Virus record (IMG/VR): IMGVR_UViG_3300013830_000007
Coordinates: 24,323-88,322 of that record
Source: a virus
Taxonomy: Duplodnaviria > Caudoviricetes
DNA length: 64,000 bases
Strand: one strand, 5' to 3'
The position numbers and the translations under genes are program-made. Each line of letters opens with the position of its first letter. Position 1 is the stretch's first letter. Below the pieces are notes generated by a model that was not told where the DNA came from, ran no database searches, and saw only the letters and a list, made by a program, of their open reading frames with translations. Shown one piece after another: positions 55,917 through 64,000 of this stretch.

Positions 55917-57608
55917 TTATTTATATTTGAGTTTATCACTTAAATAGAACAGTTTATTGCTGGAGAGATCATCAAGATTATCTTCAAGAACCTGAAGATC
56001 CTGAATAATGTTACCGTTATTCAGATAAGCATACCATTTGACTGGGTTGGTTAAAGATTGGAATATGTTAATAGCAGCCTGTCCGGCTTTAGTATCCCTT
56101 ACACGTTTGGCAGCATTGACATTGTTTTCAATTTCTTTAACCTTATTCATCCATGCTACTACTACATCTTTAGGAGCTTTATCAGAAGCTTTAAAGAATG
56201 CGTAGGTATCCTGGGCTATTCGTAATGCTCTTCTATATTGGTTTTCATAGATAGCTGGATCGAACCAAGCAAAAATATCGGCGAAACTTAAAAGTTTGAG
56301 CACGATAGTGAGCATTATTTGTCCGATAGTACTATTTCTCAAAGAAGTAGAATCAGTTATGCCATTAATGGCATCGTGATCGACTAAAGTATCGAATTTA
56401 TTTAAAGCGGACGTTAAATAATTACCATAGCCGTGTCTTGCTACGAATTCATCAGCCCATCTCTCAATAACAAAAGCACGGTTGCGATTAGCACCTACAT
56501 CGCTAAGTTTCTCACCTCTCCAGTTTCTATTCTTATCGGTACATCTCTTCTCTAATTCAGCGATAACTAAGAAGCCAGTGAGTATCATCACTATACTCAT
56601 GAAGATAGTGAGTATGAGAATGAATATTGAAACAAATAAAGTTGCGGTTAATCCAATAAGAGTACCGAATACTGCGGCAATAACAGAATCATCACCTTTC
56701 TTATCAGATTTATCTTTCTTATGTTTAGTTACATTAACAATAAGCTGATGACAGCTATCAATCATAGAAAGTAATCGTTCTTTAGTTACAGCTCCTTCAG
56801 CTCCTGAAAGATCAGCATCTTCTACCAAGGAACGTACTTTAGAAGTAAACTTGGTATCGAGCTGCTCAAGAGTTTCCTGTAATTCATCATCATTTAATTT
56901 ACTGTTTTTAAGATTAAGATTAATCTCCTGAACTCTTGATTTCATGAAGTATAAATCAGCTGCATGTTCAATAGTAGACATAGCGTGACCTATCTCATGC
57001 ATCATCACAGCTGCTACTTCTTCAGGGGTCATAGGTTCACAAACATCTTCACTGACAAAATCATCCGCAAGGAATGACATATTAGCATCGAAGTACATAG
57101 CAGGTACATAGATAGGACGATTACTTTTACCAAATACTCTGGTATTCAGTTTGGAATCAAAAGCATTGAACGTAGTTGCCATAGTAGCAACATCTGCTAC
57201 ATCTTTTTTAGCCTTCTCAGTATCACCTGCTACATAGCCGCATGAACCAGATGATCTGGAAATAATTTCAAACATTTCATTCAGATCACTGATATTGATC
57301 AGTACAGCATATGCTCCGCATAATCCTCTGTCTTTACCACCAACACAGAAGAATTTCTTGATATAAAGATTACAACACTCTAAAACGATTTTACCGAATT
57401 TAGGCATAGTAACTTTTTTAACGAAGTCATATACCTTTTCAATACGATAAGTTCTCTTAGCGTCAGTGGTGTTGGGAATATCAGAGTAGTCAAGACTCTC
57501 TTTATAATCCTGTACTTCTTTAAAGCATTCAGTCAGCAGTCTTCCTAATTTAGAATTAACTTGGAAGTCTACTGCTTCATTACCTATAATAAGATCAAAA
57601 TTGAACAT
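55917..57608 (-). CDS. Virion zinc metallopeptidase-like protein
   Basis: MMHEIGH (HExxH), ERWADEF (third ligand), N-terminal EAVDFQ, central hydrophobic helix. Confidence 0.7.
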   Translation of the reverse strand: MFNFDLIIGNEAVDFQVNSKLGRLLTECFKEVQDYKESLDYSDIPNTTDAKRTYRIEKVYDFVKKVTMPKFGKIVLECCNLYIKKFFCVGGKDRGLCGAYAVLINISDLNEMFEIISRSSGSCGYVAGDTEKAKKDVADVATMATTFNAFDSKLNTRVFGKSNRPIYVPAMYFDANMSFLADDFVSEDVCEPMTPEEVAAVMMHEIGHAMSTIEHAADLYFMKSRVQEINLNLKNSKLNDDELQETLEQLDTKFTSKVRSLVEDADLSGAEGAVTKERLLSMIDSCHQLIVNVTKHKKDKSDKKGDDSVIAAVFGTLIGLTATLFVSIFILILTIFMSIVMILTGFLVIAELEKRCTDKNRNWRGEKLSDVGANRNRAFVIERWADEFVARHGYGNYLTSALNKFDTLVDHDAINGITDSTSLRNSTIGQIMLTIVLKLLSFADIFAWFDPAIYENQYRRALRIAQDTYAFFKASDKAPKDVVVAWMNKVKEIENNVNAAKRVRDTKAGQAAINIFQSLTNPVKWYAYLNNGNIIQDLQVLEDNLDDLSSNKLFYLSDKLKYK

Positions 57609-57626
57609 AGATAATAATCCTATAAG

Positions 57627-59369
57627 TTATTGACGAAATTTTAATTTATCACTGAGATAGAAGAGTTTATTGTTGGTCATATCATCAAGATTATCTTCCA
57701 GTAACTTAAGGTCACCGTCAAGATTTCCGTTATTGACGTAATCAAACCATTTAGCCGGATTTGTCAAAGAAGTTACTAAATTAAAGAAAACCTGACCAGG
57801 TTTAGTATCTATGAGACGTTTTGCTTTTTCTGCTTCTGCTTCAGTCTGTTTGACATTTTGCATCCAATCGTTTATATCTTCCCGTGAGACATTTTCATCG
57901 TGTTTGAAGAAGGCATACGTGTCTTGAGCAAGACGAATCAAGCGTCTGTATTCGTTTTCATATAAAGGACTATCGCAAAACCAAGTCAGACGCATAACTC
58001 TCTCTATGTTGAGACATATAGTCATTAATGCCTGAACTAATTTGCTTTCTTTTAAGCGTATAGAACCAAAAAAGAATGGATTTTGAATAGTCCACGCATA
58101 CTGACCAATACGATGGAGCTTATTTAGACAACTTGCGTGATATGATGCATATCCTTGTCTGGCCACAAATTCATCAGCCCATCTCTCAATAACTGTTTTT
58201 CTATTTCTATTAGCGCCTACGTCACTTATTTTTCTACCATCACCATTCCGATTGCCAACCATTCGATTTTTAACTTCGGTTAATATCATTCTTGTTGTAA
58301 GTGACTGAATAATCCAACATATCGTTTCTATGCATCTCGTTGTGCATATAACAACAATCATATAAATGTGATCGTAAAGCATAGATGTAAGTCTTGCTGC
58401 AAGTCGCAGAATATCTGCAAAAAAATTAGTGCCAGATTCTGCTCCTTCATCTCTGTTGATATTTCGTATAGCTGTACTGATCGTATCTAATTTTTCAGTT
58501 AACATATTTTTTGTGGTGCTATCCATATCAGCAGTATTTTTAAGTTCTTCTTTAGTTCCCTGTACTAATGTTTTATCTATTGAAGATAATAACTTTTTAT
58601 AATCGCTTTCAGTTAATTTTTCAGTTTGTACTTTTGTACAAAAAGTATCGATTCTTGATTTCATAAAATACAGATCTCCGCAATGCTCAAATATCGTCAT
58701 TGCGTGACCTATTTCGTGCATTATAAGTCCTGCTAATTCCGGAGCAGTAATTGGTTCTGCTACATCTGCAGATACAAAATCATCTGATAAAAATGCCGCA
58801 TTTATATCAAAGCGTAAACGTACATAGAGCGGTCTTTTACTTTTTCCGAATACTCGACTTTTTAGTCTTGACTTTGATTTATCCACAACATCAGATATTG
58901 ACATTATATCTTTTATGTATTCATCAGTTTGACCTGATCTAATTATTTTTGCTAAAGGAATATTCATAAATGAAGATACTCTAATCTGATATGATCTATC
59001 TCCGGATATTCTAGCAAGTGTTTCCCATAATGTTTCTATATCCATATCAGTTATACGAATATCTAATCCAAATGTTCCTCTTAAGCCGCATAAATCGCCA
59101 TAGTAACATTTGGTATCTCGTATATCTAAATTACAGCATTCTAATACAGCTTTTCTAAAACGAGGAATGGTCTTGTGAATAAAATAATCAGCGACGGCAC
59201 TGATACGATATTTTCTTCGGTCTTCATCTATGTTAGGAATTTTAGAGTAGTCTAATTTTTCTTTATAATCGAATACGTCTTGAAATACAGCAGTAAGTGT
59301 TTTTCCCAATTTAGAGTCGACTTGGAAATCGATAGCCTCATTTCCTATTACGGCATCATAATTAAACAT
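57627..59369 (-). CDS. Virion zinc metallopeptidase-like protein, paralog of 55917-57608
   Basis: IMHEIGH, ERWADEF, EAIDFQ, and the same C-terminal NKLFYLSDKLK. Confidence 0.7.
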   Translation of the reverse strand: MFNYDAVIGNEAIDFQVDSKLGKTLTAVFQDVFDYKEKLDYSKIPNIDEDRRKYRISAVADYFIHKTIPRFRKAVLECCNLDIRDTKCYYGDLCGLRGTFGLDIRITDMDIETLWETLARISGDRSYQIRVSSFMNIPLAKIIRSGQTDEYIKDIMSISDVVDKSKSRLKSRVFGKSKRPLYVRLRFDINAAFLSDDFVSADVAEPITAPELAGLIMHEIGHAMTIFEHCGDLYFMKSRIDTFCTKVQTEKLTESDYKKLLSSIDKTLVQGTKEELKNTADMDSTTKNMLTEKLDTISTAIRNINRDEGAESGTNFFADILRLAARLTSMLYDHIYMIVVICTTRCIETICWIIQSLTTRMILTEVKNRMVGNRNGDGRKISDVGANRNRKTVIERWADEFVARQGYASYHASCLNKLHRIGQYAWTIQNPFFFGSIRLKESKLVQALMTICLNIERVMRLTWFCDSPLYENEYRRLIRLAQDTYAFFKHDENVSREDINDWMQNVKQTEAEAEKAKRLIDTKPGQVFFNLVTSLTNPAKWFDYVNNGNLDGDLKLLEDNLDDMTNNKLFYLSDKLKFRQ

Positions 59370-59387
59370 AAATTAGTTTCCTAAAAA

Positions 59388-59942
59388 TTAAGATAAACGA
59401 GTGATTCGGTTAAGAGGTATAGGATCGCATTCTACTGCAAAATGTTTGATATACATATAACGAAACATAGTATCGTTATGTTCTTTGGAACCCTTAATAG
59501 CCTCTTTGTGATATTTATCCAGATGAGTTTCAAATACCTTCCATGAAACTTTAGTCTGTTTTTTACCTAAAAATAAAATAGGCTGATTAGTTGCATATTC
59601 TTTGAGTACTGTGATAGGAATAGCAAATTCAGTAACAGGTGATTTATATTCAATTCCCAGAGAGTGCACATCCGCAAAGGCAAAGAATATACATTTTGCA
59701 GTACAAGGCAATCTATAATGATTTAACCAATAGATTACATCTTCTGGTGTGGGATTAGATTTATGCATATCTTCAGCACATCTACCAGAATAAATGTGAT
59801 AAGATGTTCTCATGAATAAATCACGATCTGCTTTATAGATACTTTCAGGAGAACATATACCTATATCAGCAATATCTCCTTTAATTACATGATACACACA
59901 GCTTCCAGGAAGTGAAGCTGAAGCATTAGCTTGAGCAATCAT
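59388..59942 (-). CDS. Hypothetical protein
   Basis: 184-aa ORF. Confidence 0.65.
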   Translation of the reverse strand: MIAQANASASLPGSCVYHVIKGDIADIGICSPESIYKADRDLFMRTSYHIYSGRCAEDMHKSNPTPEDVIYWLNHYRLPCTAKCIFFAFADVHSLGIEYKSPVTEFAIPITVLKEYATNQPILFLGKKQTKVSWKVFETHLDKYHKEAIKGSKEHNDTMFRYMYIKHFAVECDPIPLNRITRLS

Positions 59943-60007
59943 TTTAAAATTCCTAAAAAATAAAAGAGCGTTGAATAGTAACGCTCTTATGAATAGAACA
60001 TCAGAAT

Positions 60008-60256
60008 TTATATTCTGAGTTTATCTGAGTTATAGATGTTCTGAAGATTAAGCCAGAACTCAGAAGTGGTTCCAAAAAATGCAGAAAGACGATTCGCAAT
60101 ATCAGTAGAAATATCTCTTGTTCCATTAAGAATCATATCGACTTCTGATTCTGAAAGTTGGATATTTTTAGCAAATTGCTTAGGTGAAATGTGCATTGGT
60201 TCTAGAAATTCTTTAAGCAGAATTTCACCAGGCGATACTGGTTCAATATCAGTCAT
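60008..60256 (-). CDS. higA: HigA-family antitoxin (HTH), orphan
   Basis: SPGEILLKEFLEPM...ILNGTRDIS...RLSAFFGTTSEFWLNLQ is the HigA signature; no toxin gene adjacent. Confidence 0.85.
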   Translation of the reverse strand: MTDIEPVSPGEILLKEFLEPMHISPKQFAKNIQLSESEVDMILNGTRDISTDIANRLSAFFGTTSEFWLNLQNIYNSDKLRI

Positions 60257-60358
60257 ATACTTCTCCTATACTAAGCATTCATAGCATTCCAAAAAATAAA
60301 AGTGCCTCTATATTGCAAGAGGCACCCATTTTAATTTAAATTATGATTAATTCAATTA

Positions 60359-61234
60359 CTACTTATTGAGTTTATTGATCCGTTCATTTTCAATGACTTT
60401 ACTGATCCGTTCATTTTCAATGCTCATTCTATCTACATCACGGAAAGCAGCTACAATTGCTTCCGCGAATTTGATAGAAGTGGCAACGATCATCGAGGCG
60501 ACCACTGACCTCTTGTGGAAGTCATAGTCTTGACATATATCAGAACGATAATCACGACAATCCCACATTTCAAGCGTAGAGATTGGAATATACTCCGCGC
60601 ACATGCTAACAAGCGGTGACAATATGCGAACTTTCTTATCATCTGGACGTCTGTTAAGCCATCTCTCGTTTTTATGCCTTCTCCAAATTTCCCAAACCGA
60701 GCAATAACGTGCCTCGGCTTCAGTAATTTTTGGAAGATGATGCTCTTTTTTAAGGCAATATGAACGTGCATCTTTCTTGATCTCCTCAGCGCTACGGTCG
60801 TCATAGGAGAAGATACCTACACGATTATAGGCAGAATTGATCTCTGACTCGGCAACACTGTAGCCAAGTCCAGTCTTCTTATGGAAGATCTTCTTAGCCT
60901 GTTCTTTAATGAACTGCTCATCTCCAGGATGAGCTGATGAGAAGACATGCTTCTCTGCGATTGCTTTTCTGACAGAATCTTCAGCGATCTTCTTCAGATC
61001 AAGATCCTTACGGTACTTAGCAAAAGCATTCTTGAAAGCGTTGCCAACAAGATCCTTACTTTCTTTGGTGTAAGGCTTGACATCAGAGAAGGAGACTGAC
61101 TTAACACCAGTCTCCTTCTTCTCAGTCTTAGTGCTGAAGAGCTTGGTAGCAACATCCCCTGCTACCTTGAGGTACTCCTTGGTCTCCTCCTCAGTAAGAG
61201 AGAGACCTGCCTTAAGATTAAATTTAATCTTCAT
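60359..61234 (-). CDS. Hypothetical early protein
   Basis: 291 aa, Lys-rich; C-terminal IENERI repeated in a 27-bp duplication. Confidence 0.75.
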   Translation of the reverse strand: MKIKFNLKAGLSLTEEETKEYLKVAGDVATKLFSTKTEKKETGVKSVSFSDVKPYTKESKDLVGNAFKNAFAKYRKDLDLKKIAEDSVRKAIAEKHVFSSAHPGDEQFIKEQAKKIFHKKTGLGYSVAESEINSAYNRVGIFSYDDRSAEEIKKDARSYCLKKEHHLPKITEAEARYCSVWEIWRRHKNERWLNRRPDDKKVRILSPLVSMCAEYIPISTLEMWDCRDYRSDICQDYDFHKRSVVASMIVATSIKFAEAIVAAFRDVDRMSIENERISKVIENERINKLNK

Positions 61235-61253
61235 AAATATTACTCCTAGTTAA

Positions 61254-61580
61254 TTAAAGCTGCAAATACTTCTGCAGAATATCCTGCTTTTTCCGCTCGT
61301 AAATTGCAGCTACCACAGCGAACATGAAGGTAGCTGAAGTTTTAGCAACAGCATCGTTCAGCTTCTCTTCCTTGTTCCTCCCTTCAAAACCCTCGAGCTG
61401 ATCAGCTTTGATTACGACAAGATCCTTAATATCATAATCAAAATTGTCATTGGCGTCTCTAAAATTGTCGTGATACCGTGCCCACAATTCAGATATCGGT
61501 AAATACGCATTGTCAACCGATAATGCATCGCACGTCACTTTTTTTCCAAATAGTACATCGATGTATTGCCAAGCATTCAT
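61254..61580 (-). CDS. Hypothetical early protein (start MNAWQ at 61580)
   Basis: AGGAGG RBS before 61580; the longer track start overlaps a promoter motif. Confidence 0.7.
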   Translation of the reverse strand: MNAWQYIDVLFGKKVTCDALSVDNAYLPISELWARYHDNFRDANDNFDYDIKDLVVIKADQLEGFEGRNKEEKLNDAVAKTSATFMFAVVAAIYERKKQDILQKYLQL

Positions 61581-61609
61581 TTGATTCCTCCTATGCAATA
61601 GATCAATTA

Positions 61610-61636
61610 ATAATATATTTATGATTTTTGGTTGAG
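61610..61636 (-). promoter_or_regulatory. Early-type phage promoter motif (variant)
   Basis: Minus strand CTCAAC-N11-AATATATTAT. Confidence 0.5.
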
Positions 61637-61654
61637 TTTTCATTATACGATATT

Positions 61655-61688
61655 AACTGATATACCACATAAATGTGGTATATCAGTT
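61655..61688 (-). terminator. Terminator after the head-protein gene
   Basis: 16-bp inverted repeat aactgatataccacat/atgtggtatatcagtt. Confidence 0.65.
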
Positions 61689-61712
61689 TAATGTAATTCA
61701 ATTGATTTAAAA

Positions 61713-63083
61713 TTAACTTGATTTACACATCGATTTTATAGTGCTAAGATTTTTAAACATAAGATTGACTATTTTTGCCAAAAATGTTGACATAGATCCG
61801 GCTTTAGTAATTATCTGCTGTGCTGTTGATACGGATCTAGTGATGGCTTCACGTGTATCAAGATCCATACCAGCTCCATTCTTCGAAATAGCATTACGCT
61901 CAAGTCTGTCTAATGCTGTTTTAAGAGCAGGAGAAAGTAAAGAATTACGTTCTTCTGACTTACGTATGTCTCCAATAGTGACTTTAACCGCTTCAAGTAC
62001 AAATTCCACCCACGGGCAATTTGAAGGATAGTTGCTATTACCAAATTTTACATTAGTGCCTAATTTAAATTCTGAAGCGGCTTTAGGATCATTATTGTCA
62101 CATAAAGTATCATAAGAATTGTTGTTTCTGCTTAATATTTCACTGGCATCTTTTTCTTTAGCATCACTAATTTTATCATCAAATTTCTCATCAAACTTAT
62201 CTCGTGCTTCTTCAAGCTTGTCAAGAACTTTGTCTCTAGCTTCTTGAGCTTTCTCGCCAAGTTCATCAGCTAATGCTTTTATATTGCCAGCATCATTACC
62301 TGCTAACTCAGCTGAATCGGATGACGCTGTTGTTGCTGCACTTGAAGAGCCAGCACGTAATACGGCATCGATGACCTTATTTGCATCTGTAACAAGACGT
62401 GCTGCAGCATCTGCATCTTTATCAGTGCCGCCAGTGCCTTCTATAAATTTATAATAGTCGTCTATTATGCTGCCGATATCTTCAGATTCCATGAAGAAAC
62501 CTTTAAAGCCATCTAAGTCGTCTTTCTTTTTGAAACTTGCGTTGGCTCCATCTTTTCCAAAGAAATCTTCAAACTGCTTCAGTCTGGTCTCATAGTTACC
62601 AGAGATGTCACGCCACCACTGCCCCATCTTAAGGAAGAAGTTCTTGATAGCTCTGACAATCTTGGAGATGAACTCCTTAAACTTAGCCCACAGACCCTCA
62701 CTGAGTGCCTCAAGACAAGCGATGGATGTAGCAGACCTAGGGCTACCAACAGAGTCGAAAGACTCCATGGAAGGAAGCCTGAGGTTAAGAGCACGACCAA
62801 GAATGTTGTTCCTGTTGCACAGTGCAAGTAATGTTCTGTCTACACCGAAACGTGCGATATGCTTGTGCAGTGCACAGAGCTCAGTAAACTGGTGAGCGAA
62901 TGCTTCAGCTGCAGTAGAGGTCTCCTCTGCCTCAGACTGGGTCTCTGCACCTTCAGTAGCAAGATCCTCAGCCTCAGTAGCAGCAGATGCTACATCACCA
63001 GAATCACCGGTTGTGCTGATATTGACATTAATATCACTATCAAATACTTCACAACCTGGAAATAATAATGATAATTTAGACAT
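61713..63083 (-). CDS. Internal head protein (phiKZ gp93-97-like family)
   Basis: Acidic propeptide with many A/S-x-E sites; LPSMESF; ACLEALSEGLWAKFKEFISKIVRAIKNFF. Confidence 0.7.
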   Translation of the reverse strand: MSKLSLLFPGCEVFDSDINVNISTTGDSGDVASAATEAEDLATEGAETQSEAEETSTAAEAFAHQFTELCALHKHIARFGVDRTLLALCNRNNILGRALNLRLPSMESFDSVGSPRSATSIACLEALSEGLWAKFKEFISKIVRAIKNFFLKMGQWWRDISGNYETRLKQFEDFFGKDGANASFKKKDDLDGFKGFFMESEDIGSIIDDYYKFIEGTGGTDKDADAAARLVTDANKVIDAVLRAGSSSAATTASSDSAELAGNDAGNIKALADELGEKAQEARDKVLDKLEEARDKFDEKFDDKISDAKEKDASEILSRNNNSYDTLCDNNDPKAASEFKLGTNVKFGNSNYPSNCPWVEFVLEAVKVTIGDIRKSEERNSLLSPALKTALDRLERNAISKNGAGMDLDTREAITRSVSTAQQIITKAGSMSTFLAKIVNLMFKNLSTIKSMCKSS

Positions 63084-63154
63084 TATTGATTCTCCAAAAA
63101 ATTAAAAAGAGCACACAAAAAATATGTGCTCTTGAATAAATCTAAATAATAAGA

Positions 63155-64000
63155 TCAGACAGTCTGACACATCGATTTTATAGTGCTAAGATTTTTAAAA
63201 TCGATATTAAGCAGTTTGGCCTTATAGGTAGCAAGTGATCCGGCTTTAGTAATTATCTGCTGTGCTGTTGATACGGATCTAGTGATGGCTTCACGTGTAT
63301 CAAGATCCATACCAGCTCCATTCTTCGAAATAGCATTACGCTCAAGTCTGTCTAATGCTGTTTTAAGAGCAGGAGAAAGTAAAGAATCACGTTCTTCTGA
63401 CTTACGTATTGCTGTTAAATACTCTTTTGCCTGCTTTATATATGTAGACGCGGCTGAACCCGCATCCGTCTCATAAGTAGCACCGTTTCCTATAGCTTGG
63501 AAAATCTCCTCAGGATCTGATTCTTTAAGATCGCTAATCTTATCGTCAAGCTTTTCATTGACTTTATCTCGTGCTTCTTCAAGCTTGTCAAGAACTTTGT
63601 CTCTAGCTTCTTGAGCCTTCTCGCCAAGTTCATCAGCTAATGCTTTTATATTGCCAGCTTCATTGCCTGCTGACCTAGCTGAATCGGATGACTTTGTTTG
63701 TGCTTCACCTGAAGAGCCAGCACGTAATACGGCATCTACAACCTCATTAGCTTGTTTAAGCAGATTTGCCGCGGTCGCATTGTCCCCAGTAGCACCGGTG
63801 CTTGTGATAATTGATTCATAATCAGAATTGATAGACTTTATATCAGCTTCTTTCATGAAGAAACCTTTAAAGCCATCTAAGTCTTCTTTCGTTTTAAATT
63901 TAGGTTGCTTTAAAAAGAAATCATCAAACTGCTTCAGTCTGGTCTCATAGTTACCAGAGATGTCACGCCACCACTGCCCCATCTTAAGGAAGAAGTTCTT
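63155..64000 (-). CDS. Internal head protein paralog, 5'-truncated by the window edge
   Basis: Large blocks nearly identical to 61713-63083; the frame continues past 64000. Confidence 0.75.
   Translation of the reverse strand, partial: KNFFLKMGQWWRDISGNYETRLKQFDDFFLKQPKFKTKEDLDGFKGFFMKEADIKSINSDYESIITSTGATGDNATAANLLKQANEVVDAVLRAGSSGEAQTKSSDSARSAGNEAGNIKALADELGEKAQEARDKVLDKLEEARDKVNEKLDDKISDLKESDPEEIFQAIGNGATYETDAGSAASTYIKQAKEYLTAIRKSEERDSLLSPALKTALDRLERNAISKNGAGMDLDTREAITRSVSTAQQIITKAGSLATYKAKLLNIDFKNLSTIKSMCQTV

Overview
This window is an AT-rich, gene-dense segment of a phiKZ-like jumbo phage genome (split multisubunit RNA polymerases). It contains no rRNA, tRNA, CRISPR array or intact transposase that I can support. 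Core genes are three RNAP subunits (a non-virion beta-like part and virion beta C-terminal and beta-prime C-terminal parts), a gyrase-type topoisomerase pair, a phiKZ-type family B DNA polymerase, RNase HI, ThyX, a chaperonin-like protein, internal-head paralogs and two HEIGH virion metallopeptidases. Accessory regions hold a tail-fibre module, an early-gene paralog array, a six-gene sugar-modification island, holins and an orphan HigA antitoxin. The main signals not shown by the ORF track are: (1) a likely -1 programmed frameshift (T TTT TTT at 46839-46845) into a start-less open frame; (2) a DGR-type variable region at the tail-fibre tip followed by what looks like a collapsed DGR remnant; (3) a GC-rich, multi-hairpin ncRNA candidate of about 250 nt with its own promoter and terminator; (4) twin 21-bp hairpins with compensatory arm changes in a 1.3-kb non-coding region upstream of the DNA polymerase; (5) two duplication-then-deletion scars whose extra copies differ mostly by synonymous changes; (6) a conserved TTCAA-N12-TATATATTAT promoter motif found only on the minus strand. 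All family calls come from motif recognition by eye; no database searches were run.
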